Below, one piece after another: positions 1 to 9,484 of a DNA stretch of 64,000 bases. The translations under genes and the position numbers were made by a program. Position 1 is the stretch's first letter. Each line of letters begins with the position of its first letter. Source of the DNA: Euryarchaeota archaeon UBA552 (GTDB lineage: Archaea; Thermoplasmatota; Poseidoniia; Poseidoniales; Thalassarchaeaceae); contig DAMH01000002.1 in NCBI GenBank assembly GCA_002499585.1, forward strand, positions 32,147 to 96,146, given 5' to 3'. Below the pieces are notes generated by a model that did not search any database, was not told where the DNA came from, and was given only the letters and a program-made list of their open reading frames with translations.

Positions 1-76
1 AGATCACCCCGAATGCGCCTCGGCGGCCGGAGATACTGAGGAAAGGGATTGTTCCAGAGAACGAGGTAATAGAAGC

Positions 77-1087
77 ATGGATGAAGCTGATCTAAAGTTC
101 TGGAAGGACGCTGGGCACGTCGCACGAAGAACTATTGAGGGGATCAAGGGAGAGATTGTCGCTGGCAAATCATGGGATGATTTAATCGACTCCGCTGAGA
201 GATTTATCAGGCGGCACGGAGGAACCCCCGCTTTCCCCGTTACAATCTCAGTTAATGACATAGCAGCGCATTACACCACCAACTCGATGCTCTCTAAGCC
301 CGAGGGACTCGAAGATGAAATGATATTTCAGAACGGGGATTTGGTCAAACTCGATGTTGGAGTTCACATTAAGGGCGCTCTCGCCGATAATGCCCTGACA
401 GTGGAAGTAGGAAATGGCGGCAATCACACAGATCAGATTAGAGCCGCACGTGATGCGAGAGACGCCTCGATAGAGGCAATGACCCCTGGAAGCACATGGG
501 CCCAGGTTGGTGCAGCCGCTGAACAAATACATCTAGATGCCGGGTTTCAGCCGATCACCAATCTTTGCGGACATAAAATGGAAAGATGGAACTTACATGC
601 TGGTGTTTCAGTACCCTCATTCGATTGTGGAAAGACAAATCCAGGCTTCAAAGGCGGCCCTGAGATAAATTCCTTCTATGCAATTGAACCATTCAATACA
701 ACTGGCAAATCAGGGAAAATAGAGGATATAGAACCCGGCACGTCTTCAAACATTCATAGAGTTACAGGGAATATCACAGTCAGAAAAGCGGTCGCTAAGA
801 AGAAACTTAAGCCACTGGGCGCTACAATGGCACGTTATATAGAGGAGCGATATTCAACTCTCCCGTTCGCTGAAAGATGGGCATACTCGCTATTGGAGAA
901 GCCATTCCCAGGCGAGGATCCCGTCGGTATAAGGAAAAAGTGGAATGCGTTGATAAAAAAACTAACAAGCATCAGATTCTTAGAATCTTACTCAGCGTTA
1001 AGATGCGTCGACAGGGGAAACGTCGCACAGTTTGAACACACTGTATGGATGAGTGATGGTGGCCCAGAAGTCCTCACTGTTGAATAA
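77..1087 (+). CDS. map: Methionine aminopeptidase, type 2 (archaeal/eukaryotic type)
   Basis: 336-aa ORF with pita-bread metal-ligand pattern (DLVKLDVGVH, CGHKMERW, YAIEPF, AQFEHTV); ATG start. Confidence 0.9.
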   Translation: MDEADLKFWKDAGHVARRTIEGIKGEIVAGKSWDDLIDSAERFIRRHGGTPAFPVTISVNDIAAHYTTNSMLSKPEGLEDEMIFQNGDLVKLDVGVHIKGALADNALTVEVGNGGNHTDQIRAARDARDASIEAMTPGSTWAQVGAAAEQIHLDAGFQPITNLCGHKMERWNLHAGVSVPSFDCGKTNPGFKGGPEINSFYAIEPFNTTGKSGKIEDIEPGTSSNIHRVTGNITVRKAVAKKKLKPLGATMARYIEERYSTLPFAERWAYSLLEKPFPGEDPVGIRKKWNALIKKLTSIRFLESYSALRCVDRGNVAQFEHTVWMSDGGPEVLTVE

Positions 1088-1220
1088 TTCGCAGCATTCT
1101 TGGTGTAGTAAGCCTTCACAAGGGTTATCAATGTGAGAAGTTCTTAGCAGGCACGTACAGGGAACTGAGGTTCTCGCTGAGTGCATCCCATCCCCTCGCT
1201 TGTGTCTCTGCCCTGTACAC

Positions 1221-2180
1221 CTAAACTTCCTCCTCGGTAGCCTCCACTGCACCCTTAATTGTAACACCAATCACTGCAATGAGGATGAGCAACATACCTA
1301 TTTTTTGTTGTAGCGATGGATCCTCCCCGAGAAGAAAAACCCCCCAGACTATTGTCAAAACAGGCTGAACTAGGATTGCAAAGGAAGTATGCGCTGCCGG
1401 GAGTCTTGGAAGGGAGTATGTGATTGCCAACCATCCAAAGGACTGGCACATAATTGCTAGCAAAAGCAACCAAGCATGCGAAGGGTAGCTGGGCGTGAAA
1501 ATTATTGGTTCGACATTCAAGCTTTGCAAAGGAATCAACCCAAGGAACAAGAGACCGACCATACCACCAGTAGTAGACTCAAATTGGAGTTTCGTGGCAG
1601 GTGCCAGAGACTTGTTTGCATATCTGTATACTATAAGGAACGAGGAATAGAAAATAGCAGTGAATATTCCTGCTAGTACTCCTGCACCGGGTCTTTCCCC
1701 GTATGCAGCATTGTCCCCAAGTCCCGAAATAAAAACTAGGCCAACCAATACCACCGGAAGTGCCAATATAATCGCCCGATTGGGTTTCTCGCCGAGTAGC
1801 CACCAACTGAGGATGGTCACGATGATAACCTGAGAGTTGCCAATCAAGGTGGCTATGCCGGTTCCAACCCAGTCTATCGCAGTATGATATGTGATGAAGT
1901 CAAGGGCTAAAATGAGACCAGCAAAGAAGGCCATCCACCTCTCCGCACCACCTCTGTTGTCTTCCGAGGTCCATACTTTTGACAAGATCCAAAGCACCGG
2001 CATCGCATATAACATCCTAAAGAAAGCCCCGGTCAGTGGCCCAGATCCAGATAAAGAATACATCAGTGGCGCGAATGATATCATTGTTGCACCAATGAGT
2101 GCTACGGCCATCAACTTCCTGACTTTGACAGTTTCATCCACCATCTTTGTTACCCCGGTGGGTTTGAAACCCTTGTCCAT
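1221..2180 (-). CDS. EamA/DMT-family permease
   Basis: About 10 hydrophobic helices in two EamA-like halves. The track start at 2213 is TTG; internal ATGs lie at 2180 and 2144, so the start is uncertain. Confidence 0.7.
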   Translation of the reverse strand: MDKGFKPTGVTKMVDETVKVRKLMAVALIGATMISFAPLMYSLSGSGPLTGAFFRMLYAMPVLWILSKVWTSEDNRGGAERWMAFFAGLILALDFITYHTAIDWVGTGIATLIGNSQVIIVTILSWWLLGEKPNRAIILALPVVLVGLVFISGLGDNAAYGERPGAGVLAGIFTAIFYSSFLIVYRYANKSLAPATKLQFESTTGGMVGLLFLGLIPLQSLNVEPIIFTPSYPSHAWLLLLAIMCQSFGWLAITYSLPRLPAAHTSFAILVQPVLTIVWGVFLLGEDPSLQQKIGMLLILIAVIGVTIKGAVEATEEEV

Positions 2181-2225
2181 GAGGCATCTTATTTGTATTA
2201 AACAGATATGCAACCTTGCAGGACA

Positions 2226-2891
2226 TCAATCATCATCAATTGCGACCACAGGAGAAATGGATCTGAAAACTAGCGCTGCCATGAGGCCGGCCAAGACCTG
2301 AGGCACGATGTGTAACCAAAGATCTTCAAATTTCAGCACATCTGCCGTCAAAAGCGCACTGGTCACGGCTGGGTTGAATGAGCCACCTGAAATCTCTCCG
2401 ACTGTTAATGCGCCGGCTAGCACTACAAATGCTATGGCGGCCCCAAAATATCCATTACCGCTGTTTGACTCACTGGTCGCGACATTGAGGATTACAAAGA
2501 CTAAGGCAAACGTGTAGAGAAATTCTGCGGTGAAAGCCTGCCAGGTATCCATAACGAGGAGGTTAGGGTTCGGATCAGAAACCAGTGCATTTTGAGAAAC
2601 AATTGCTGCCAAGATCCCCGCAATAACTTGAGTGCCGATGTAAGGTAGAACCTCGTTGTCCGCGCATGCCCCTCTCAACCAGACACCTAACGTCACAGCC
2701 GGATTGAAGTGCGCCCCTGATACATGCCCCAGTGCATAAATCATGACCATTAATGTAGAGGCAATCGCAAATGGAGCAAAAATACCGGCCAAACCATGCA
2801 CTCCGGCGGTGCAAATGGTGAGTACTAGGAAAAAGGTCCCTATGAATTCCGCTGTGAGTTTGTTAGTGAGATTGTATTCATGCATTGTCAT
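2226..2891 (-). CDS. MIP-family channel (aquaporin/aquaglyceroporin)
   Basis: Two NPA boxes (HFNPAVT, SFNPAVT) and six hydrophobic helices. Start trimmed to the ATG at 2891 (or 2885), just overlapping the upstream grx stop. Confidence 0.9.
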   Translation of the reverse strand: MTMHEYNLTNKLTAEFIGTFFLVLTICTAGVHGLAGIFAPFAIASTLMVMIYALGHVSGAHFNPAVTLGVWLRGACADNEVLPYIGTQVIAGILAAIVSQNALVSDPNPNLLVMDTWQAFTAEFLYTFALVFVILNVATSESNSGNGYFGAAIAFVVLAGALTVGEISGGSFNPAVTSALLTADVLKFEDLWLHIVPQVLAGLMAALVFRSISPVVAIDDD

Positions 2892-3210
2892 TCGCACTGG
2901 CAGCAAGTGTTTGAAGTTCTCCACTCTGGAACAACTCAAGGGCAATGTCTGAGCCTCCAACTAACTTTCCGCCGATGAATAATTGGGGCATTGTAGGAAA
3001 TCCGGACCAGTCTCTGAGTGCATTTCTGGCCCTGGGGTCTGACAGAACATTTACGGATGCAAATGGTACACCCAGTTGAGATACTATTGAAGACGCACGG
3101 TTACTAAATCCGCATTGAGGCGCTTCGGGCGTGCCCTTCATGAATAGTACTACACTATTCTCTTCCACTATTTTCTGCAACTCTTCTGGTGTCCAGTTAA
3201 ATTCTGTCAT
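2878..3210 (-). CDS. grxD: Monothiol glutaredoxin (Grx4/GrxD type)
   Basis: CGFS active site (PQCGFS), WPTxPQLFI-like motif (FPTMPQLFIGGKLVGG), 110 aa. Confidence 0.9.
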   Translation of the reverse strand: MTEFNWTPEELQKIVEENSVVLFMKGTPEAPQCGFSNRASSIVSQLGVPFASVNVLSDPRARNALRDWSGFPTMPQLFIGGKLVGGSDIALELFQSGELQTLAASANDNA

Positions 3211-3212
3211 TC

Positions 3213-3548
3213 CTATTTCTCCTTTGGTCTCCTTATGTGTATTCCAAGAAACTGCTTCTCCCCGTCTCCATGTGGATCAAAAACAGTGTCTCCTGCTTTG
3301 CTAGCTTGTTCCGTGGTCATGCATTTGAGATCCAGTGCATGAACGGTGCCGTTCTTGATGAAGGGCATGAAATGATCGAGTATGGGTCTTTGTCTTTCGA
3401 GGGGCATCATACCAATGAATGTGTCTGATATCACACGAACGTGAAAATGATCTCCTGTTCCGTGCAGATCGTTGATTTCAACCAGGGAATCTGGTACAAT
3501 TTTTTCAATCTCAGACTTAACCCAAGCCTCCCCCTTCATGATCATCAA
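3213..3548 (-). CDS. BolA-family protein
   Basis: BolA-like core (GTGDHFHVRVISDTFIGMMPLERQRPI ... VHALDLK). Its stop abuts the grx start, suggesting an operon. Confidence 0.8.
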   Translation of the reverse strand: MMIMKGEAWVKSEIEKIVPDSLVEINDLHGTGDHFHVRVISDTFIGMMPLERQRPILDHFMPFIKNGTVHALDLKCMTTEQASKAGDTVFDPHGDGEKQFLGIHIRRPKEK

Positions 3549-3584
3549 AAGTAGCCATCAGATTTGAAGCCTATCAGTGTATGA

Positions 3585-4262
3585 TTAAGGCAACTCTCGA
3601 ATAATTTTTTGATAATTTTCTGATATGGTGCCCTTGCTGTTTATCAACCCACTTCCGACAACGGAAATATCAACTCCCCAAGACGATACCAAGCCGATAT
3701 TATGTGATTTTATGCCCCCATCTATCATGATTCTGGTCGACTTACCCCCTTTTGATATTTGTTCATCTATAGCAGACTTGAATCTTAGGACCTTGTCCTT
3801 GACTTCAGGCATGAACGACTGACCGCCCTTTCCCGGCACGACAGACATAACCAGAACCAGATCCAGATCTTCAAGGTGAGGAATGACCTCCTCTTCACTT
3901 GTGTCGGGATTAAGGACAATCCCAACCGCAGTACCACTTTCTCGAATTGCTCTGATCAAAGTCTTCGGGGAGTCAACCGCCTCGATGTGAAAGATTACCA
4001 TATCAACACCCGCTTCAACGTACTGCATCCATGTTTCTTCAGCATTCGTTATCATGAGATGGCAGTCCAGGTAAACTTCTGGACCGATCCTCTCCCTGAT
4101 CGATTTGATAACAGCGGGTCCAAAGGTTATGGTTTTGTTAACAACCCAGTTTCCGTCCATGACGTCTAGATGTATCCAACTCATACCGGCCTTCAATGCA
4201 TCATCTAGCACACTTCCAAGCTGAGTGAAGTCTGCGGTGAGAATAGAGGGCGCGATGAGCAT
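3585..4262 (-). CDS. rpe: Ribulose-phosphate 3-epimerase
   Basis: IAPSILTADF, HLDVMDGNWV, PGKGGQSF and IDGGI motifs. The track start at 4274 is GTG; the ATG at 4262 gives the canonical MLIAPSIL N-terminus. Confidence 0.9.
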   Translation of the reverse strand: MLIAPSILTADFTQLGSVLDDALKAGMSWIHLDVMDGNWVVNKTITFGPAVIKSIRERIGPEVYLDCHLMITNAEETWMQYVEAGVDMVIFHIEAVDSPKTLIRAIRESGTAVGIVLNPDTSEEEVIPHLEDLDLVLVMSVVPGKGGQSFMPEVKDKVLRFKSAIDEQISKGGKSTRIMIDGGIKSHNIGLVSSWGVDISVVGSGLINSKGTISENYQKIIRELP

Positions 4263-4375
4263 GAATAATTGCACCTCAACATGATCTGGTTGTCAAGTCT
4301 TCTAAAATTGAGTCCTAATTTGACCCATACGGGCCTCAGCAAGGATTCATACATGAGGGGCGATCTTGGACAACA

Positions 4376-4693
4376 ATGGGCCAAGTAGTGGAAGCCTCCG
4401 ACTCTGACTTTAGTTCGGTCATTTCCGACTCAGAGTGGGTATTGGTAGACTTCTGGGCTCCATGGTGTGGGCCGTGCCGAGCATTGTCACCGGTGTTGAA
4501 TTCGATCGCTGATGAGCGCGAAATAACCATTGCGAAAGTAAACACAGATCAGAACCCCGTGACTCCCGGAGAGTATGGAGTAAGAGGGATTCCGTATCTA
4601 GTCCTGTTCCATAACGGTAAGCCTGTAGATCAACACACTGGAGCTGCACCTAAACCGTACTTCGATGAGTGGCTTAACAGACACATGACATGA
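4376..4693 (+). CDS. trxA: Thioredoxin
   Basis: WCGPC active site, 105 aa, typical Trx length and GIRGIPYLVLF motif. Confidence 0.9.
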   Translation: MGQVVEASDSDFSSVISDSEWVLVDFWAPWCGPCRALSPVLNSIADEREITIAKVNTDQNPVTPGEYGVRGIPYLVLFHNGKPVDQHTGAAPKPYFDEWLNRHMT

Positions 4694-4719
4694 CCTTCTA
4701 CGAATCTACACACGCGTAG

Positions 4720-6207
4720 TCAGTCGAAAACATACATCCTGAGTCTACTCCTTAAAGCCTCGTGGAGCCACATCCCGCCATCCAGTTCAATCATCAAGCC
4801 TCTCGACATGAGGGTTTTCGGCGGCCCCCCGGTAATCCCTGTGGCTCTAGCCAATTCCTCCCAGAGTACAGGCCTGTCCGATTTGGCGAGTTCCATGAGA
4901 ATCATTCTCTCATTTGCCGGCAACACTTCAACGATCTCAGCATCTAGGAATTTTACCCAGTCTCTGTGTTCTATTTCACCATACATCTCTAATAATTCAA
5001 TTGCTAAGGGGTGCCCTCCAGTTCGCTCGTGGAGAATTTTCGATGAGATCCAATCATCGAGGTTCATTGTTGCAATCCATTCCTCAAGTTCTATCTGGCT
5101 TAGTCCTTCTAATGCTATTTCATGGACCCTTCCAAGCGTAAGGACGTCCCTTCGATCGTAGAAATTTGGACACTCCCTAGATATCGTGACTATCTTCGAT
5201 TCAGACGCCTCGGCAACTTGCATCATCGCACCAACCAACATGTTACCACTCTTGTCTAAGTTGTGTACATCATCAAGAATTAAGAACAATTTTTGCTTCT
5301 TGGATAATTCGTCATTCTCGTCAATCATGGTTGCGACCAGCCTTCTCCTGAGCAAATCATAATCTAGGTTGTTACCGGGAGTTGGAAGGGTTGAGACTAG
5401 GTTGTAAGGGTCTTCCCCGGACACACCACTTGGATTCAGGACCCTATGGATGATACTGGTCGCCAGTCCTGTTGCTGTATCCCAGGTTTGGCAAGGGTAA
5501 TACATCACTAAATAGTCACTTGATATTTTTTCTTGCGTGCTAAACCAGTTTGATATCAGAGTAGTTTTTCCACAACCAGCTACACCTGTTATGACACAAA
5601 TATTCGAACTACTGGTAAACCATCTGTCTAACAACTTCTTTTCACGCCTTCTACCATGAATATCCCTCGTTTGAGGCGGCTTCGTGTGATAAGTCGCATG
5701 AGCTCCCGCCATCATTTTTATTGATCCGGGCAGCACCTTCCTTTTTCGTACCGGACCGAATCTAATATCGCCGTAATTCAATGCCCCTTCATATTGCGCA
5801 TGCATCAATATGGATAAAATGTCTAAGTCAGCCCTTAGCCGCTCTGAAGCTTGAGATGCGGGTATTTCCAGCAGATCGCCGCTTCGTGACCTAAGAAGAA
5901 CCATTGTCTCTTCGAGTTTATGTTTGATTGCTGCAGAAACTTCTACACCCAGTGGTGTGAGGTGCCATGTCTTTTGTCTCCGGGACTCTCCTACGACTTG
6001 CCGTGTTGTTTGTCCGACGACCCCTGCGGTGACCAAGTCTCGCATGCTACGAGAGACGTTAGGAGGGTGAATTGCGCACGCCTCAGCTATACCTCGTCGC
6101 GTAACCTCTGGGGTCGCGGTATGCATTTCTGTCTGAAACGAATTATTCAGTAGGTGCAGCAGAATCCTGTCGGAGACAGCGACATTCACCTTTGAGCCCC
6201 TCGCCAT
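4720..6207 (-). CDS. wHTH + P-loop ATPase (archaeal-ATPase/STAND-like) putative regulator
   Basis: N-terminal winged-helix-like segment, Walker A (GVAGCGKTT), Walker B (LFLILDDVH) and a C-terminal HTH-like tail (LWEELARATGI). Confidence 0.6.
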   Translation of the reverse strand: MARGSKVNVAVSDRILLHLLNNSFQTEMHTATPEVTRRGIAEACAIHPPNVSRSMRDLVTAGVVGQTTRQVVGESRRQKTWHLTPLGVEVSAAIKHKLEETMVLLRSRSGDLLEIPASQASERLRADLDILSILMHAQYEGALNYGDIRFGPVRKRKVLPGSIKMMAGAHATYHTKPPQTRDIHGRRREKKLLDRWFTSSSNICVITGVAGCGKTTLISNWFSTQEKISSDYLVMYYPCQTWDTATGLATSIIHRVLNPSGVSGEDPYNLVSTLPTPGNNLDYDLLRRRLVATMIDENDELSKKQKLFLILDDVHNLDKSGNMLVGAMMQVAEASESKIVTISRECPNFYDRRDVLTLGRVHEIALEGLSQIELEEWIATMNLDDWISSKILHERTGGHPLAIELLEMYGEIEHRDWVKFLDAEIVEVLPANERMILMELAKSDRPVLWEELARATGITGGPPKTLMSRGLMIELDGGMWLHEALRSRLRMYVFD

Positions 6208-6329
6208 CGAAAGGTAATGAATGGAAGTTAGACATCAATAATTCCCATGAACTCGACCCAATTAACTAATCAAGTCATTTTTCCAATGGATTCATTAGCC
6301 CCTATCCCTGTTGTCAATCGGTAACTGTT

Positions 6330-6749
6330 ATGGACACAGGAGAGATCATTGAGGCCTTGAACAAGGCATTAGCCTGGGAAATGCGAGCGATTGCGATGTA
6401 TGCACACTACTCTGCATATGTTTCGGGAATTCATCGTCCTCACCTTTCGGTATATTTTTCCAATGAAGTTACAGAGTCGATTAATCATGCTGCTACAGTA
6501 AGATCAGCGATCGTAAAATTAGACGGTAAAGCAACAACCGAGCGGGCCCCATCAGAAATCGTTCATACCTACGATTATTCAGTAATGCTCAATGAGGCTT
6601 ATGGGACAGAAAAAACTGCCAGCCAGACTTATGAAGCGATACTCCCTATGATAGAGGCAATCGGTGATAATGAGCTTTATGATGCGCTTGAGGTAATTTA
6701 CTTTGACGAACTCAGATCAGTAGAAGAATTACGGATGATGCTAAAGTGA
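6330..6749 (+). CDS. Ferritin-like/Dps-like four-helix-bundle protein
   Basis: 139 aa with a LNKALAWEMRAIAMYAHY ... ESINHA ... pattern typical of bacterioferritin/Dps-like di-iron proteins. Confidence 0.65.
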   Translation: MDTGEIIEALNKALAWEMRAIAMYAHYSAYVSGIHRPHLSVYFSNEVTESINHAATVRSAIVKLDGKATTERAPSEIVHTYDYSVMLNEAYGTEKTASQTYEAILPMIEAIGDNELYDALEVIYFDELRSVEELRMMLK

Positions 6750-6813
6750 GCAAACTGAACTTACCAATTATTTTCACACCATCGATTATGTGCTTTGTCC
6801 GCCTGCACTAACC

Positions 6814-8313
6814 ATGGACTACTACCAAGAACTCCTTTTTCGCATGAGGGAGATTGAAATCGCTAGTCAAATCAGGAGCATTTTAAGTTGGGACCAAGAA
6901 GTGATAATGCCAAAAAACGGTGCTGAGAGTCGAGCCGATCATCTCGCTTGGCTATCCAAAACAATTCACAAGAAAGTAACAGACCCCAAGATCGGTGAGA
7001 TAATCTCAGAATTAGAATCGGATAAGCTTGATGAGATACAATCCGCTAATCTGAGAATTACGAAAAAGATGTATCAACGAGCCACATGCCTGCCACCTGA
7101 TTTTGTGGAAAAATTCGCCAGACTTCAATCTCAAGCCCATCACTCCTGGGCGGAGGCTAGAGAAAAAGACGATTTTGAAATATTTAAGCAAGACTTCCAA
7201 AAAATACTTCAAATGACTCGACAGAAGACTGAATATTTGGGGTATGAGAAATCTCCCTATGACGCACTACTAGATCAATATGAGACGGGGCTAACTGTTA
7301 CAAGGCTCGATCCTCTGTTTGACGGGTTGCGAAATGAAATATCACCTATGATTAAGGAAATATCTAGCCAGGGCAAAAATCCGAATTTGGAATGGCTGAG
7401 AGATTCAAACTGGCCGAAACGAGGTCAAGAGATGCTAAGCCAAGAGGTTTCAGAGGCCATTGGATTCAATTTTGAGTCAGGCAGGCGAGACTCGTCCGTG
7501 CATCCGTTTTGCGGCGGCCCAAATCCAAATGATGTACGATGGACCACGAGGTACGATGAATCAGAGCCTTTTGGTTCATTATTCGGGTCGATGCACGAGA
7601 CTGGCCACGGAACTTACGAACAAGGAAGACCATCCGAACTCGCATTCCAACCCGTGGGCAAAGCATGCGGCCTCGGAATACATGAAAGCCAGAGCAGACT
7701 CTGGGAAAATCAGATAGGACGCTCAATCGAATTCTGTGAGTGGGTATTCCCATTGTGGGAAAGGTGCTTCCCCGGAAATATGGAAGGTCTGACGCCAAAA
7801 TTATTGTGGAGAGCCGTAAATATCATGCAACCTAGCCTCATCAGAACAGAATCTGACGAAGCAACATACAACCTCCACATAATGATTAGGTATGAAATTG
7901 AAAAAATTATGATCGAGGATGACATTGAAGTTGATCAGATACCCGACCTCTGGGATTCATTGTACCAGAAGTACCTCGGCATAACTCCTCCCAATCGGAA
8001 ATTGGGGGTCCTGCAGGATATACATTGGTGCATGGGGGCAATAGGATACTTCCCAACCTACACGCTCGGCAATCTCTATGCAGCACAATTATTGGAGGCT
8101 GCGAAGAAGGAAATTCAAGATCATGACGAAAAAATAAGAACAGGAAATTTTAGTCCCTTGCTAAATTGGATGCGGAGAAACATCCATTCCAAGGGGAGCA
8201 TCTTGGAGCCGGCTGAATTAATCGAGGATGCAACTGGTAGCCCACCATCACCAGATCCATTTGTCAGATACCTTTCCGACAAAACTAGTGATTTGTATGG
8301 TATAAATGCATAG
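6814..8313 (+). CDS. Carboxypeptidase Taq (M32) metallopeptidase
   Basis: HETGHGTYE zinc motif (HExxH), HESQSRLWEN and DIHW motifs. The track start at 6790 is GTG; first ATG at 6814. Confidence 0.9.
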   Translation: MDYYQELLFRMREIEIASQIRSILSWDQEVIMPKNGAESRADHLAWLSKTIHKKVTDPKIGEIISELESDKLDEIQSANLRITKKMYQRATCLPPDFVEKFARLQSQAHHSWAEAREKDDFEIFKQDFQKILQMTRQKTEYLGYEKSPYDALLDQYETGLTVTRLDPLFDGLRNEISPMIKEISSQGKNPNLEWLRDSNWPKRGQEMLSQEVSEAIGFNFESGRRDSSVHPFCGGPNPNDVRWTTRYDESEPFGSLFGSMHETGHGTYEQGRPSELAFQPVGKACGLGIHESQSRLWENQIGRSIEFCEWVFPLWERCFPGNMEGLTPKLLWRAVNIMQPSLIRTESDEATYNLHIMIRYEIEKIMIEDDIEVDQIPDLWDSLYQKYLGITPPNRKLGVLQDIHWCMGAIGYFPTYTLGNLYAAQLLEAAKKEIQDHDEKIRTGNFSPLLNWMRRNIHSKGSILEPAELIEDATGSPPSPDPFVRYLSDKTSDLYGINA

Positions 8314-8324
8314 AGAGGAGAAAA

Positions 8325-9389
8325 ATGGACTCACTATACAGCCTCTCGGATATATCTTCGATTGTCAGACAGCTACCATCGAAAGTAACATCGATATTCC
8401 AGAGAGGATCCTACATGGTGGCCGGGGATAAAGATGGATCATTGGCTTGCTGGTCGCTGGACAAAGGTAATCTTAGATGGGAAGTCGCCCTTGACCCATC
8501 TGTATCTGATATCTGCTCCGGTGGTGACTTCTTCATTGTTGCACATGGTGGTAGATTGACTTCGGTTAATATGGAGACCGGGTTATCTAGCTGGTCAACC
8601 AAACTTGATGGCGCTTCTGACTATGTTGTCTGCAACGGACGTAGTATTTGGGTCACGTCTTCAGTTTACGAAGTAGAAATTGGGGATTACACCCACTGCA
8701 AGATAACAGAAGTCGAAAAAGAATCAGGCACGATAATGTCTAGTCATAGTCTGGATTCCAAAGCCTGGGCTTTGGAGATTTTCGGGGAGGGCTGCATGAT
8801 AGGCACGGGCAGACCATCTCCTGGCGCTTACCTCCTAGACAGTGATGGAGATTGTAGAATCATAGATATGGCACCTAAACTCCCGGTCGTCAAATCCATT
8901 TTATCCCCTGAAGGCAGAATATCATTCATGACCTCACTTGGTACTGCATACGAGATTGACCAGTCGTGTAAAATTACCAACATATCGGATGATGTATCAT
9001 GCGTTGGTTATCTGCACAATGGCGATTGGATCGCCCTGTCGCAAAAAGAATACATTGACACCCTCAAAATACCTCAAGAGGACGGACAGGAATATCGATC
9101 AGAGATCATTAGTTCTGAAGAGATGACTATTATAACAAAGTGTTCCAATGAAACGAATGGTATATGGAAATCTCAAGATGATACTGTGTATTGGACCCGA
9201 GAAAGAGACGAATTAACTGCGGTAAGCGGTCAGGACCGTTACATAATCTTGGGATTTTTATCTGGAAAGATATTTGTTCTGGAAAAAGACGTAGTGTCCA
9301 GAAGATCTACTATGGGTGCGTTTTCGATGGGAAATAAATCAGAGATGATCGAAAGGCTTCGAATGTTAAGAATTGAGAAAAATGGGTAA
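8325..9389 (+). CDS. PQQ-like/WD-like beta-propeller repeat protein (function unknown)
   Basis: Repeated G-D-G-x-L-x-W-type blades (GDKDGSLACWSLDKGNLRWE, TGLSSWSTKLDG). GAGGAG Shine-Dalgarno-like sequence 4 nt upstream; no signal peptide seen. Confidence 0.45.
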   Translation: MDSLYSLSDISSIVRQLPSKVTSIFQRGSYMVAGDKDGSLACWSLDKGNLRWEVALDPSVSDICSGGDFFIVAHGGRLTSVNMETGLSSWSTKLDGASDYVVCNGRSIWVTSSVYEVEIGDYTHCKITEVEKESGTIMSSHSLDSKAWALEIFGEGCMIGTGRPSPGAYLLDSDGDCRIIDMAPKLPVVKSILSPEGRISFMTSLGTAYEIDQSCKITNISDDVSCVGYLHNGDWIALSQKEYIDTLKIPQEDGQEYRSEIISSEEMTIITKCSNETNGIWKSQDDTVYWTRERDELTAVSGQDRYIILGFLSGKIFVLEKDVVSRRSTMGAFSMGNKSEMIERLRMLRIEKNG

Positions 9390-9450
9390 ACACTCGAGTA
9401 GAAATATAGGTAGATAATCCCTTATTTCCGGTGGAATGATAGCCATTGAT

Positions 9451-9464
9451 AGAAAGATTTATGG
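9451..9464 (+). promoter_or_regulatory. BRE/TATA-like element upstream of the structured RNA locus
   Basis: AGAAAG followed by ATTTATGG. The predicted start about 25 nt downstream coincides with the first helix strand (CCGCUCCG at 9490). Confidence 0.3.
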
Positions 9465-9484
9465 ACTACCTTCGTCCCTGTTGA

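Noticed and set aside
4-261. 85-aa minus-strand ORF at the left edge
   Set aside because: Most of it lies antisense to the well-supported map gene, and its composition is not protein-like.
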